Assembly: GCA_051294375.1 (NCBI GenBank)
Contig: CM119265.1
Coordinates: forward strand, 22,518,636-22,582,635
Source: Paraspadella gotoi
Lineage: Eukaryota; Animalia; Chaetognatha
DNA: 64,000 nt
Reading direction: 5' to 3'
The translations under genes were made by a program, and so were the position numbers. Positions 1-21,864 of the stretch are shown one piece after another (positions within the stretch are counted from its first letter, which is position 1; each line of letters opens with the position of its first letter). The notes below the pieces were generated by a model. The model did not search any database. It worked only from the letters and a program-made list of their open reading frames with translations, and was not told the DNA's origin.

Positions 1-389
1 TGTGTCTGAAGTGCACTTATGTTTAGTAATTAGTATCAATTCTTCTTTCAATTTTATTCTCACGACGTCGTAAATATTTTAATCGATCGCCGCATCTGAA
101 GGATTTTGTATCGGAAAAGCGTCCAACCTCATTTGTGAGTTTGGGGAGACGTTAGTTTCTGATTTATATAATTGTATAAAATAATTATAAAATAAAACTA
201 ATTAAATTGATATGCTTTTCAGTTCGAAATTCTTCCCCGCGACAATCATTCTTCATATAATCAAAATGAAAAAAATATGAATTTCGTCATCGTCCAAAAC
301 AAAACCTTTTGAATATATACTATGTAAAACGATGTTTTCTATTCTATGTTTTCTATTCACAGATAGATTAAAGCTGTTTCCATCGCAGC

Positions 390-459
390 GCCTAAGTGGC
401 TCAGTAGACTAACGCACCATCCCAATGTGCGTCCCTTGTTCGAGCCCTTAGCCTTAGGT
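390..459 (+). mobile_element. tRNA-like SINE head / tRNA pseudogene
   Basis: Pol III A-box-like TGGCTCAGTAG (397-407), B-box-like GTTCGAGCC (438-446) and terminal pairing CCTAAG/CTTAGG. The arms do not form a clean cloverleaf. Shares GTGCGTCCC and box spacing with the copy at 39480-39552. Confidence 0.5.
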
Positions 460-689
460 TTTCATGTAGAAAGTGGGATGGTCCGGGTAACCCGTCTTTT
501 CGCTATCAAATATCTAAAAAAGTATAATAATTTTAAATAGTTAATGATGGACAGATTTGAGCCGAAAGCTACGAATATCTCATATTAAAAAAAAAATATT
601 TTAACTTTGTCTTTGGTTATAATATAACATACTTATAATAATAATAAAAGCAGTATTGACGGTGGATTAAAATCGATCAACCACTCACA

Positions 690-760
690 GCGGTGATTGG
701 CGCCCAAGGGAAGTAATTCGCCTCCCAAGTAAAGTTCAAGGTTTCGAGACCGGCGGCCGC
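690..760 (+). mobile_element. Degenerate tRNA-derived sequence (possibly Gly-CCC-like SINE head)
   Basis: A-box-like TGGCGCCCAAGG (698-709), loop-like CTCCCAA, B-box-like GGTTTCGAGACC (740-751) and GCGG/CCGC terminal pairing. Confidence 0.35.
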
Positions 761-1960
761 CTGTCGCTCAACCCATTGGAGTATGATTCAACAGCCTCAT
801 AAAAAATACCCTTCTGTTCGTGCCTGCAATGTGTAATATTTAAAATTTGAAAAATAAATGATATATTTATAAGGGAATGAATTGTTTACAATTTTACAAA
901 TATTTGTCCCTCCGCACTGTGCTTTCAACATCCTATAAGATTATTGCAATTATTATTATATATATATTTTTTATTATTATTGCAACATGACATGTCGATA
1001 ATCGCATTCTTATTCTATATACATAGTAATATACATAATTTAATTCTATTTTATTTTTAATCCTATCTTTTTTCTTTCTGTGCCATTTGAGCAAAAGAAC
1101 TCGGCCCGGATTGAGCATAGCTTCTTGGAGCGACGTGGCCCTGTCGCAGTCAACGTTGACGTCACCGTCATAACAAATAGGAAGCAGCTCGCGCAGAGAA
1201 GCCCTCACGGGAGAGTCGAAACCGTCGCAGATTTTTTCGATAATATGCCCGAACTGAACAGAATTAATAGCTGAAAATCGCGATTTTTTTTTCTTTCATG
1301 TTTGGATTATGCTTAACCGTTAAAACATATCCAGGACTGTTTCGTCGTTAAAATGCAGCTACCGTGTTTTGTTCGTAAGTATACCACCTTTTTAAAATTG
1401 TAACAAAAAGTTGAGGGCAAACCAGTTTGGTCGAAATATTTTTGGAAAGCATATTAAATTTTTCACTGCATTGTCGGAGAAGGGTTGAAATTTTTCATAT
1501 TGACAAATCATTTTTGTACTGACTCTCCCTTTATTCTCCTATTTTCTCACTATTATGCTATGGTTTATTTCTGTCGGTGTTGAAACCATGGATCTGGTCT
1601 CGGGCCTGGAGCCAGGGTCGGGAATTTCGGCCTCTTCACGATTCCCGTTGCGAAGATACCGATACCGATACAGATATGTAAATAAGGGAGCTGAGTGGGC
1701 TGAAGAGGACAATCCGCAACTTCAACCCCCAATAAAAGTCATAGAACGGGTCCTGGGCTTGAGGGTTTTCTCCGCCCCCAAGGCAGTTTACGGCCGTCCT
1801 CACTCTTCCCGAATAAATTATAAAAATGAGTAAAAATTCAGAAACCAATCAATATACTGAAAAATACTAAATCTCTAATGCTTAAATGATCCCCCCAAAA
1901 AATCCTTTTGACGATGTTAAGTCCGAACTTAGATATCACGATTCGCGAGTCTTTGGTTCT

Positions 1961-2375
1961 AACCGCCTAACTTCCTAACCTAACCTCCTCCTAACTTCCT
2001 TCAGCCAATCCTGCTGGCTCAGCTGGGGAACTCACCATCTCAACATTCTATCCCGCTTCGTGCTGGTATAAAGACGTCAGTCGGAGGTGTGGGGCCAATA
2101 AGGGTCCTTAGCCCCTCACGCCAAAACTGAGCTCCCCCAAGTCCTTCTGTAGTAAGGACACGTGAGGTTTTCCATCATCCACCCTACTAAGCTCCTACAT
2201 TGAAATCGTTCTGACTTGGAATCAAGGCTGCGCGAGGTTTTTCGCCATACTCCCTACTAATCTCGTTCTGGCTCGGTGGCAAGGCCGGGTGAGGTTTCAC
2301 GTTCGCTCTTTTAGTGCAGTGTTTACTGTCCACTCAGCTGGGCATAACAGGCAACCCTGCTGTTGCTATGCTACC
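1961..2375 (-). repeat. Dispersed repeat with conserved hairpin-bearing ends (second copy at 28530-28770, +)
   Basis: Reverse complement of 2341-2370 matches 28534-28562. Reverse complement of ~1961-2042 matches ~28706-28770. The interior differs and contains three degenerate G(T/C)GAGGTTT repeats. One end has a (CCTAA)-rich tail. Confidence 0.7.
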
Positions 2376-2716
2376 ATAAAATTTCAAGTTCACCGGATAT
2401 ATAAATTATAATTTTATTTTCTCTTCAAAACTCCTATTATTTTAACAAAAGATGAATGTAGATGAAAGCAAATGCGCAGGAGCATCGATATCAAAACAAA
2501 AGAAAACCGACTTTTCAATTTGAAAATTGTCTTTGAAAAACTGTAAATCCCTTCAAATAAGACCAAAGAAAAAACTAGAAAATTCAACGCCATGTGCCGC
2601 CAGAGCCCCGGTCGGGCTTCGTCTATCGTTTCAAAGTTTCGCCGTTGAGGCGTAAAATTACGTATGTGAAGACAGGTCGGTGGAGGGCACCACTTTCCCG
2701 CCACCAGCGCCTTAAT

Positions 2717-5700
2717 ATGGCGGCGGTTCTCGAGCGGTTTCGCCGCCGTGTTCCGAACGCTCGAACGCGCAGCCCTGCCAATGAGGCCGGCGCACTCGCC
2801 GCTGCCGGAACCATCCCTAATTCCCCGCCAGTCAATGGAGACTTCAATTTCCATTCAGGTAACTAATTAAAAACTTGCTTACGACGTGTCACCGAGAAAT
2901 TTCTAATTATGAGTGATGCCTTAAAATATTTTTTTTATTTTCTACCCTTATTTTCGAACAAACGCCTTCATTAAAATTCTTCTTTGCTCCATATTAATTT
3001 GCTTCGTATTTGTTCGGTCTTTGCGTCTTGCCGTTTTAATTAATATCTTAATAAAAGTTTTTCTTTTTCCCTCCCCCAACAACTAATTTTCTCGTCAAGA
3101 AATTAATTACTCTGACGCATTTATTTGTGACATGTCCATTATCTAAGCAGCATAGTCCAGCACATATCATGTGCTTTAAATTTTTTAATAAATAATTTAA
3201 TTGGCTTGTTCTTAATTCATCTTTTAATCCAGTCACTCCGTCCCAATCCCCGCTTCACGAACCGTTGGGGCAAAGCCCCGCGCACCGCACCGCTGATGAC
3301 GCATCTTCCGCCAACTCTTCCAACTCTTTTATGCAAAAGCCACAACGTGGCTGGTTGCACCCCGACCACCAATTACGCCCCGGCGCTGGCGTCGTTTATG
3401 GGGTCCGATACATTGGGTCCATGGAGGTCACCGCTCCTATGCGTACCCTCGATTTTGAAGTCAGAACACAAGTGAGCGATCGTTAGTAAATTTTCAGTTA
3501 AATATAGGTGGACGTGCAAGTTGTTTTTGAAATAGATATTGTATTTTGTTTAACGATGCTAGTACGGAATACACTATATAGTAGGGTGGAGTGATGAAAA
3601 GATTGAGCGATGGAACAATGTTTTTTTGCTGCTTTTGTATATGTAATAAAAAATAATTAAGCCCTTTTTCCCAAAAAAATTGCATAACAGAATCATTAAT
3701 TAAATTTTTTCTATAGTAATATCCTTATAAAATCATAAAATTTCTAAATTATATTTTTTTAATTTTAAGAACAGTTTCGAATTCGCCGGAAAAAACTGAA
3801 ACTTTTGTAAAACATGTTACATGATATTTTTAGTCCACCATAATACCATGATGGGAAAAAAAATTGTTGCGGTTGTTTCCAGTTATTTTTTGGCATTTTA
3901 ATGTAAAAATCAAAAAATAAAATTTAGATATCATTTTTGTGATTTATACGAGCTGTGTCTCATTTATGTATGATAAAAAATACAAGTTCCATGTAAAAGA
4001 AAATGAGTTGTCCAAAAGAATGCTTGCTTCTTTTTTATCTTTTTCATATCTTTACTTTTCATTTATATTAATTTTTGGTTCTTTTTCGTTACTTTTTGAG
4101 TTAAAAATCTTTGCCTTTTCTCAGTCTCATGTCAAATGGTTATTTTATCATTTCCATTAAGATAGATTTAGGGATGAATCTTAATTCATATGTCAAAAAA
4201 AGCGGTATTGAAAATATATTAATGCTGTAAATGCTCCAGAATAAGTATCAGTAAAAGTTATAAGTTTCCGGGTAACTTTTTTATATAAGCAATCATTTTT
4301 ATTTACCTGTGGATGTATTATCAGAACCGAATATCAAACGAGTTTAAAAAAAATAAATAAAAATTTTGTTGAAATGAAAGACAATGCATCATCCCATTAT
4401 GCAGCAACAATTTAAACCTGGTTTATTTTATAGGGGATCCATCATTTTTACTGCTTGCCAAAGATTATTTTTTGCTTAAAATCTAATAAAAAATATTATA
4501 TTAAATATATAATATTAACAAAAATGTGAATATCCTCTTGATCAAAAAGAAGTGAAAAAAGTTGGAGATAACCTTTTTTGGAAGTATTTGAATGCATTAA
4601 ATAATTTTATGCTGTTGAAAAATATTTTTTTATTCAGTCTTAGAGAAGTTATATTATATATTAATTGGCTAAAAAATATATTTGACAATGAAATTAACCG
4701 ACTTTTCTAAACCGCGACAATTTTTTTTTCCATCATGGTATTATACTAAATTGAAAAAATTAAAAGAAAAAGTTCAATATATTTCAGTTAAATCATGAAC
4801 TGAATAATTTGATTTGGAGAGAGATGTTAGTGTTGTCTTCTGGAAATAAAGGGTACATATTACACAACACGAGGTTAAAGTTAAAAATACTTATTAATAC
4901 AATCCACTTATCAAATAAGGTGGCCAAAGAGTCGATCAACCTGGTTTGTGAGGCGGCGGGACTGAAGTCGATCAACAAAAAACGACGCATAGAACGGAAA
5001 ATACAACGGCTTCTGGGGGAGAGACCCGACTTGCACAACGCAGGTTTAATACCCGGCACAAAAATACGAGTTACTTTGTCATGTATTAAGAAAAAGGGAT
5101 GCAATAAACCTCAGCAAAATTTTTACCCTTGCCGCTTAGGTTTCGATGTAACTTTGACTATCACCACGGATGCCTTAGAGATCGTTTGTACTGATGGGGA
5201 CAGAAACGGGGAAACCATTTGTCATCATCCTATGCAAGGCGTCTCTTTCGCCTCAGGTGCTCTTTTAGTTTTATTTCAGTTCAAGCAGACACTCTTAATA
5301 GTTAATAAGTACTATCAGGCTAACTTCCTAGTCTAAAACGTTACAATCAAGTTGTTAAAGGAATTTTCCAAGAAAAAGAAAGTCGGTTCTCACCTACTAG
5401 TTATAGTCATCGCTCGCGCTATCATCGCTCTCGCGCGCTCACGCGCCTTTTCTTTTTTCGCGTCTCGCGAAGGTGGCGACGCGGAGACGCTGGATTTCGT
5501 GGCTTACGTGGCGAAGGACACGTCTTACGCGCGCGCCTGTCACGTTCTGGAATGCGGAGGCGGTCTCGCCCAAGACGTTCTTACCACAATCGGTCAAGCC
5601 TTCGAACTGCGCTTCAAAGAGTTTCTCCAAAATTCGCCGAGGGCTGCGGATGTGTCGCAGCAGCAGCAGCCTCCGCCGCAACACCACCAGTTTCAGGTCC

Positions 5701-8700
5701 ACTTGCGACGACTATGCAGGATTTACAAACCGAATTTAAAAAAAAAACCTAAATCTTAAAAAAAAACGTATTCCACCCGAATCGTACCAGCCTATCCAAA
5801 CGGTGTCCGGTGATAGCGGTTTCGTCGAAGGCGGTGCAACTTGGGGTTCTACCGGAAGCGCCTCTCTCGCCAAACATGAATATTACAACGACATTCCTCC
5901 ATCTGGCTCGCCTTCTCTGCGACGAGACGATCCTCTCACCGGAGGGGTCATTAGGTCAGTCGAGTGCGCAGTTCTCGGAGGATTTACTCCTGTGAATAAA
6001 AAAATTTCCAGCGAAATTAGTTAATAATTTTCACGATTTGTTATAATACGTGTATTATGTAATACACATTTTACAACTTTAATAAGAATAATATTCATTA
6101 CTATTAAATATATTTTTAACTTTTCGATTTGAATCGGGGATTTAAAGCTCTTTGACCCAACAACCTCTGTACGAATGACCCTCCGGTCGTTTTCGTTATT
6201 TTTCCTGATTTTTATCGCCCGTAACGGCTCCGACCACCGTCGCTTCATTTGGTAATGCGATCGTTCAGAAACGTGCGTAAGCCATTTATTTACCTCTGTA
6301 TGTCTTCGTCTGTCTTTGTTTAATGGGTTACGTGCGTTCCCAGTATCACCTCCTTAGTTAACAATCAAGCTAGTGAGATCAAGGAAATTACGTAAAAAAA
6401 TTGGTGTAAAACACATTAAATGATCATTAATTGAAAATTCCTCCTTTCTCTTCCCGTCTTGTTATTCTCGCAGGGGAAACGGGAACGATTCGTCCTGCGG
6501 CATCCTGCTGCAAGACAACCGCCCTCCTCCCCCAATACCCCCTCTACCCCGCGGTCACCTCCTCCCTGCGACCTCGGGCCTCTCGCTGCCTTCGCCCACC
6601 ACCACGACCACGGACTCGTTCGGTTCGGCCACCGTCGTCTCCGCCGCCACTAACCCCTTCGACTTTTTCGGGACGCTGCCCCCGCCGCCGTCCACCTCGC
6701 CCCCTCCGCTGAACTCCGCTTCCCAGCATAATTCCCTTCCGATTCATTCGCCACAGGCGCAGGTGGGGTTCCCTCTCGCGCTCCGAGAGGGAGGGAGAGA
6801 AAGAGAGAGACACACGAGCAAAGAAAAGGAGAAAAGTCAGGGTGACGACCAAAATTACCAGAGGATTTTTCCCTAGAAAATTGCTCCGCTTTTTTTGTTG
6901 TTCGCGCGACCGAATGCAATCCCTTGGGGTTCGAATTTGGGCTAGGAAAATAGGAGATCGAAGTTGTTTTTTTTTCGAAATGAAAGAAGGACAATATGGC
7001 GGAGACCTCATTGCATTCAAAGCGAGGCTCGTAGTAAAAAAAAACAATACGAGAGGGGGAAAAATCACGAAGTTATGCATGGACGTGTTTTTCGTCGAGC
7101 GACTTCTTTCGGAACGTCAAGTCATCATGCCGAGCTCGTTTCATGGGCGTGACCAGAGGGAAGAAAAGAAACACGGCGATCCTCAATAAAAATGCGTCCG
7201 GCCAATAAGTCGAGAAAGCGCGTGTTCGGAGAACCAAATGGAACGACCATCGATCAGTTTTTTTTCTCGACCGTGACGGACGAAGAGGAAAGCCCTTTTT
7301 TTTATATAGTGTTTGTTTTTTAATAAAAAAAAATGTCGCTCCATCAGCGTTCGTGATCTCGTGATCAAACCGGATATCGTTTTTAAAAAAAGCAATAAAA
7401 AGGAGGACGAGAGAAGCTGAGTGGTGAAGGGAATAAAAGGCTAGAGATATGAAGGGAAAGAAAAATAAGAAGAAGAATACTAAGCAATGTGACGAAAGGG
7501 AAAGAACAAAAGGAGAGAACGAGAGGATAGAAGACAGATGAAATAGAGACTGGGAAGGAAAGAAGGGTGGAGGGGAAGAAAGTTGGATAGTGAAATCTTT
7601 TTCGCGTTCTTCTGCTCGACGAGGCATTAACTCTGGAGAGTTCGATTTCAATTTCAGATTGGATGCAACGATGCTGGATCGACCGGGGGCGCCGGTTTGC
7701 CCGGAGACTCGTCTAACGGGATTTCTTCCAATCAGAATTCTTTGTTTTCGACGAATCAGAATTCACCTTTCGCCTCCAGCCAACCGCCGTTACCCCCACT
7801 CCCTCTGGACGGGGAGGGCGACGTTCTCTACCACGAGCCCTGGTTCCACGGAAAAATAAGCAGGTGCGTTTTTGTATATCGAACTCGTTGTTTTTTCGCC
7901 CCCAAAGCGCCTGTCTGCAAAAGGAAAAAAAACGCTTTACCGTTTTAACCAAACGTGAAAAAAAAAACATTAATTAAAAAAAAAAAAAAATTAGTTCCGA
8001 CTGTTTTAGTTTTTAAAGCTTCTCTAATCTTTCTAGGGTCTTTCGCACTTGTGCCATTCAGCTGCTCCTCCTTTATTAACGATCAAATTTACACGGTTTT
8101 TCCCTCGTTCGCCGCTCGAAGAATTTTTTTCATTCACAGCGCTCTTAACGTCTCCTCCTTTCTCTTTTTTTTCGGTGTCCCTCCCCGACCCTCGCGATTC
8201 GATTCCCTCCATCATCAATCTTCGACAATGTTCCGCTTCCCGTTTGGCTGAGAAAAAACTCATCCATTTCCGTCACCATTTCTCCTTCCCCCGTTGTTTT
8301 CGCGCTCTTTCTCATTTCGACTCTTCTTTCCCCTTTTCGCTTTTTCTTCTTTGGTTTTTTTGGCTCTTCTCGTTACCCCCGGAGCGGCTTCCAGGATTCT
8401 CTGAGGAAGGGCCCGATCGTATAATTCGCGAGCGCGCGAACAATCGTTCTCTCTCTCTTCCCTCCCTCTCTCTCTCTCTCTTCCCCCCCTCCCCTTCATC
8501 CTTGGATTGGTATTCGGATCCAAGTGCCAACCAAGTTTCTCTTTTCTTCTTTTTTTTCGGCGCGCCACCAATTTCTCTCGGGCGGCGGAGGCGCCTGTAG
8601 TCTGATTAAGTCGGAACGGAATTCCGTCGTTGCGCGCCCCTCCTTTTTGGATTTTTTTCCCCCCGTTTTTTATCAACCACAAAACTCCCCCTACCGATCT

Positions 8701-8745
8701 CTTGGTGTTTCGACGCTATTACCTACTCTTTCTCTNNNNNNNNNN

Positions 8746-8780
<35 letters not shown>

Positions 8781-10005
8781 AAACAAATAACTTTCCTCCC
8801 CATTCAACTAGCCTCCTAATGTCGTGCTTGCGGCCTAATTACGCTCCACTAAAGGCGAGTGCAGAGAGAGAAACGAAAGAAGAAAAAAAAAACAAGAATC
8901 GCTCGCGGTCGTTTTTTTTTTCGCACCCTCTCCTCATATTCTAAACCCTCACCCCGACCCGTTTTCGCAGACGGGAGGCAGAAGCGCTCTTAACCACGAA
9001 CGGCGACTTCTTGGTGAGGGAATCAACGCATCAAGCGGGCCAGTTCGTCTTGTCCGGTCTCCACCGGGGAGCAATAAAGCATCTCCTCTTGGTCGATCCT
9101 CAAGGTAATTCTCTCGCCTCCGCCTCATTTTCTTTCTTTTAAAATTATTTTTAAGATTATATTACTCCTTGATATGTAGTTATTTTATACAATTTAAGAA
9201 TAATACAAGAACAAGAGATACTTGAAATATTTTTTAAAGAATCGAAACAAAGTTTTGTTTCTAGTTTTCGGTTAAACAAGGACACAATGCGGCCAGACAC
9301 TTCGATTGTGCCTAACCCCGAGGGGATGTCATGGTCACTCTTTCTTTTTTTTCTCTCTCCTTTTCTGCTGACGTGCGACGTGGGGAGAATATTTATGAGT
9401 CGAATGCGGAAGAAAGCTTCTCACTTTTCTTCACTGACTTTTTATACTTCTTGGCGAAGCTCATCAAAACAGCAAACTGTATATAACTTCATTTATTCTC
9501 CTTGTTCTTCGTCATCTGACGAGTGGGGGGGGAAAAAAGGAAGGAGTGATGAATGAGAGGGCGAGGAACAGGAAAGGGGGGGTGAAAAGAAACTAAGGGG
9601 GAAAAAAAGAGCAACGCCAAGTATGAGCCAAGGTTAGATTGGAGATTCGCGACTTCGCCAACTTGACTTTGTCAAGTGTTTTCTTCATTTGTGAGAGAAA
9701 GAAGACGAAGTGGACAAATTAATCACGTTTCACTAAGGTTGGCGGAGGATAAAATGAAAACCTCTCGCCTTGCGTTTGGATCTTAAAATCTGGGCGGATC
9801 TATAGTTCCATGATTAAAAAAGAAAAACGCCTTTAATTTTTCTAATTTTTCAAAGATTTTTCTTTTCTTTTCAGGTGTGGTTCGAACGAAGGACAAGCAG
9901 TTCGACAACGTGAGTCACCTGATTCGTTTTCACCGCGACAACCACGTCCCGATCGTCAGCGCGGATTCCGAACTTCTTCTCGTCACCCCCGTCGTCAAGG
10001 CTTAA
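2717..10005 (+). CDS. SHC1: SHC-family adaptor (PTB - CH1 - SH2), 10 exons
   Basis: Exons 2717-2858, 3233-3471, 4920-5043, 5140-5256, 5473-5696, 5791-5954, 6474-6762, 7658-7863, 8971-9104 and 9875-10005 join in frame with GT-AG ends. PTB: [10 protein letters not shown]...[23 protein letters not shown]...[20 protein letters not shown]...[15 protein letters not shown]1: YYND motif. SH2: [17 protein letters not shown]...GDFLVRES...[15 protein letters not shown]. Confidence 0.96.
3840..4744. mobile_element. MITE with ~34-bp terminal inverted repeats in SHC intron 2
   Basis: ATAATACCATGATGGGAAAAAAAATTGTTGCGGTT (3840-3874) is the near-perfect reverse complement of AACCGCGACAATTTTTTTTTCCATCATGGTATTAT (~4710-4744). 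The interior is AT-rich and non-coding. Confidence 0.8.
8736..8745. other. Assembly gap (10 N) inside a (CT)n microsatellite
   Basis: Run of n flanked by CT dinucleotide repeats in SHC intron 8. Confidence 0.99.
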
Positions 10006-11063
10006 AGAATAACATTAAAAAGAAGAAAACAAATCTAAGTCGTTCAATCGCCAAAGTTTTATTGACAAAGAAATATGTACAAATATATAAACTCGACGGG
10101 ACGCGCTTCCGATATTTTTATCTCGACTTAATCGACGCCGCTTCGAAAGTAGCCGCCACCCCGCGCGTCATTCAAAAATAGAGGATTGAAGCAAGTTTAT
10201 GGAATCTATCCATCGTTTCTTATTTTCGTTTAACATTCGGATCGAGTTACATCAGACGCAAAAATTTATTTTCATTCTTCCAAAATGCGTTCTGCCGAAT
10301 CTCCAAAATCCCAATTGACATCAACGGTGTCGATTTGTTTCATTTAATTTCGCTTCAAATGGTCCAAGGCACCATGTAGCCTCCTGCTCCAAAAATTGTT
10401 TTAATTATTTTCGAGATAGTCTGTTTCGTCTCAGTTAGCAAAGGCATTCTTTGAATTTAAATATTTTGTTAATGCATGCAATTGGGAGAGCTAAATTTGA
10501 GAGGGCTCAGTTTTTTATCTTTCATTTTTTCCCCAAAAATTGGTGAAGGAAGTCTCGTTAAATAGCTTTATCGCTCAATTTTCCTTCTTTATGGGATTAC
10601 TCCTTCCTCCCCTTTTATTTCATAGGATTTATTCGTCGTTTTATAGAGCTTGTATTTTATAATTGTACTAACTGTAAATGAAACCATAATTAAACCATAT
10701 CAGTACCAGACATATGTCCGGAAAGTGATGTACTACTAACGACATTCGTAGATACTTCCACACTTTGAACGATGTTAACCGCAAAAGAAACTAGTGTATC
10801 ATAGTAGGGGCTCTCCTAGAATTCCGAAAGCTACGAGTGTTGTTATCCCACTATTAGAAGTCCGCTATATTGAAGGAATTTGTCGTCGTCGGGGAAAGTG
10901 TATTTGAATTTATGTATTTTTCAGATGGATCTATGCATTTTTTTTTATTCTTTGTCCGAGTATTTATTTAATGTTCCGACAGAGTATCCTACACTATATT
11001 TACCTGTCATTTCGCAAAATTCTTCTGATTTTGAATTTTGTAGGTAAAAAAGGCTGTTGAGTT

Positions 11064-21453
<10,390 letters not shown>

Positions 21454-21864
21454 CTTAACTTTTTTTTTCGTTTGCCATCGCGCGAACGAATCTGAGATTA
21501 GTTAAAGATGTAGACTCGAGACTTAGACCTAGTCGTACTGTGAAAACCAGTATTGTGATAAGTTATCACTGATAACCTCTGCTTTTGATCCAACTCCTTT
21601 TCTCCACATTTTTTTCGAAATTTATTAGTCGGGCCAACGAAATAGTTTGTCGCGTTGTATACCGCCTTAGTTAATTTATTCTCAGCTAATGTTTTATATA
21701 AAAATGTTCAACCGATTTTACTATTTAATACGTTAAAGTTGCCCCGTTGTTAACTTATTAATAGGTTCTATTAAGAAATTCAGTAGAATGATTCAAAACT
21801 TGGGCGTTGTTACTATAAATCGTTAAAAAGTCTAAGGATCGTGTTGAGCTGCAGTCCTTCGACG

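Noticed and set aside
2594-2716. Longer N-terminus for SHC from the ORF track (start at 2594)
   Set aside because: It starts at GTG. The first in-frame ATG is 2717 (AATATGG context), so the upstream part is treated as 5' UTR.
5044-5139. Stop-free 3n introns read through by the ORF finder (also 33827-33919)
   Set aside because: Both have GT-AG ends and AT-rich content, and the first interrupts the conserved PTB domain. They are ordinary short introns with no evidence of retention.
5870-6762. SHC CH1 region has YYND but no second YVN Grb2 site
   Set aside because: Absence of the vertebrate Y317-type site is known for invertebrate Shc, so it is not novel.
7073-8944. Long F/S/L- or K/R/E-rich ORFs on both strands
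   Set aside because: Translations of purine/pyrimidine-skewed low-complexity intron sequence of SHC.
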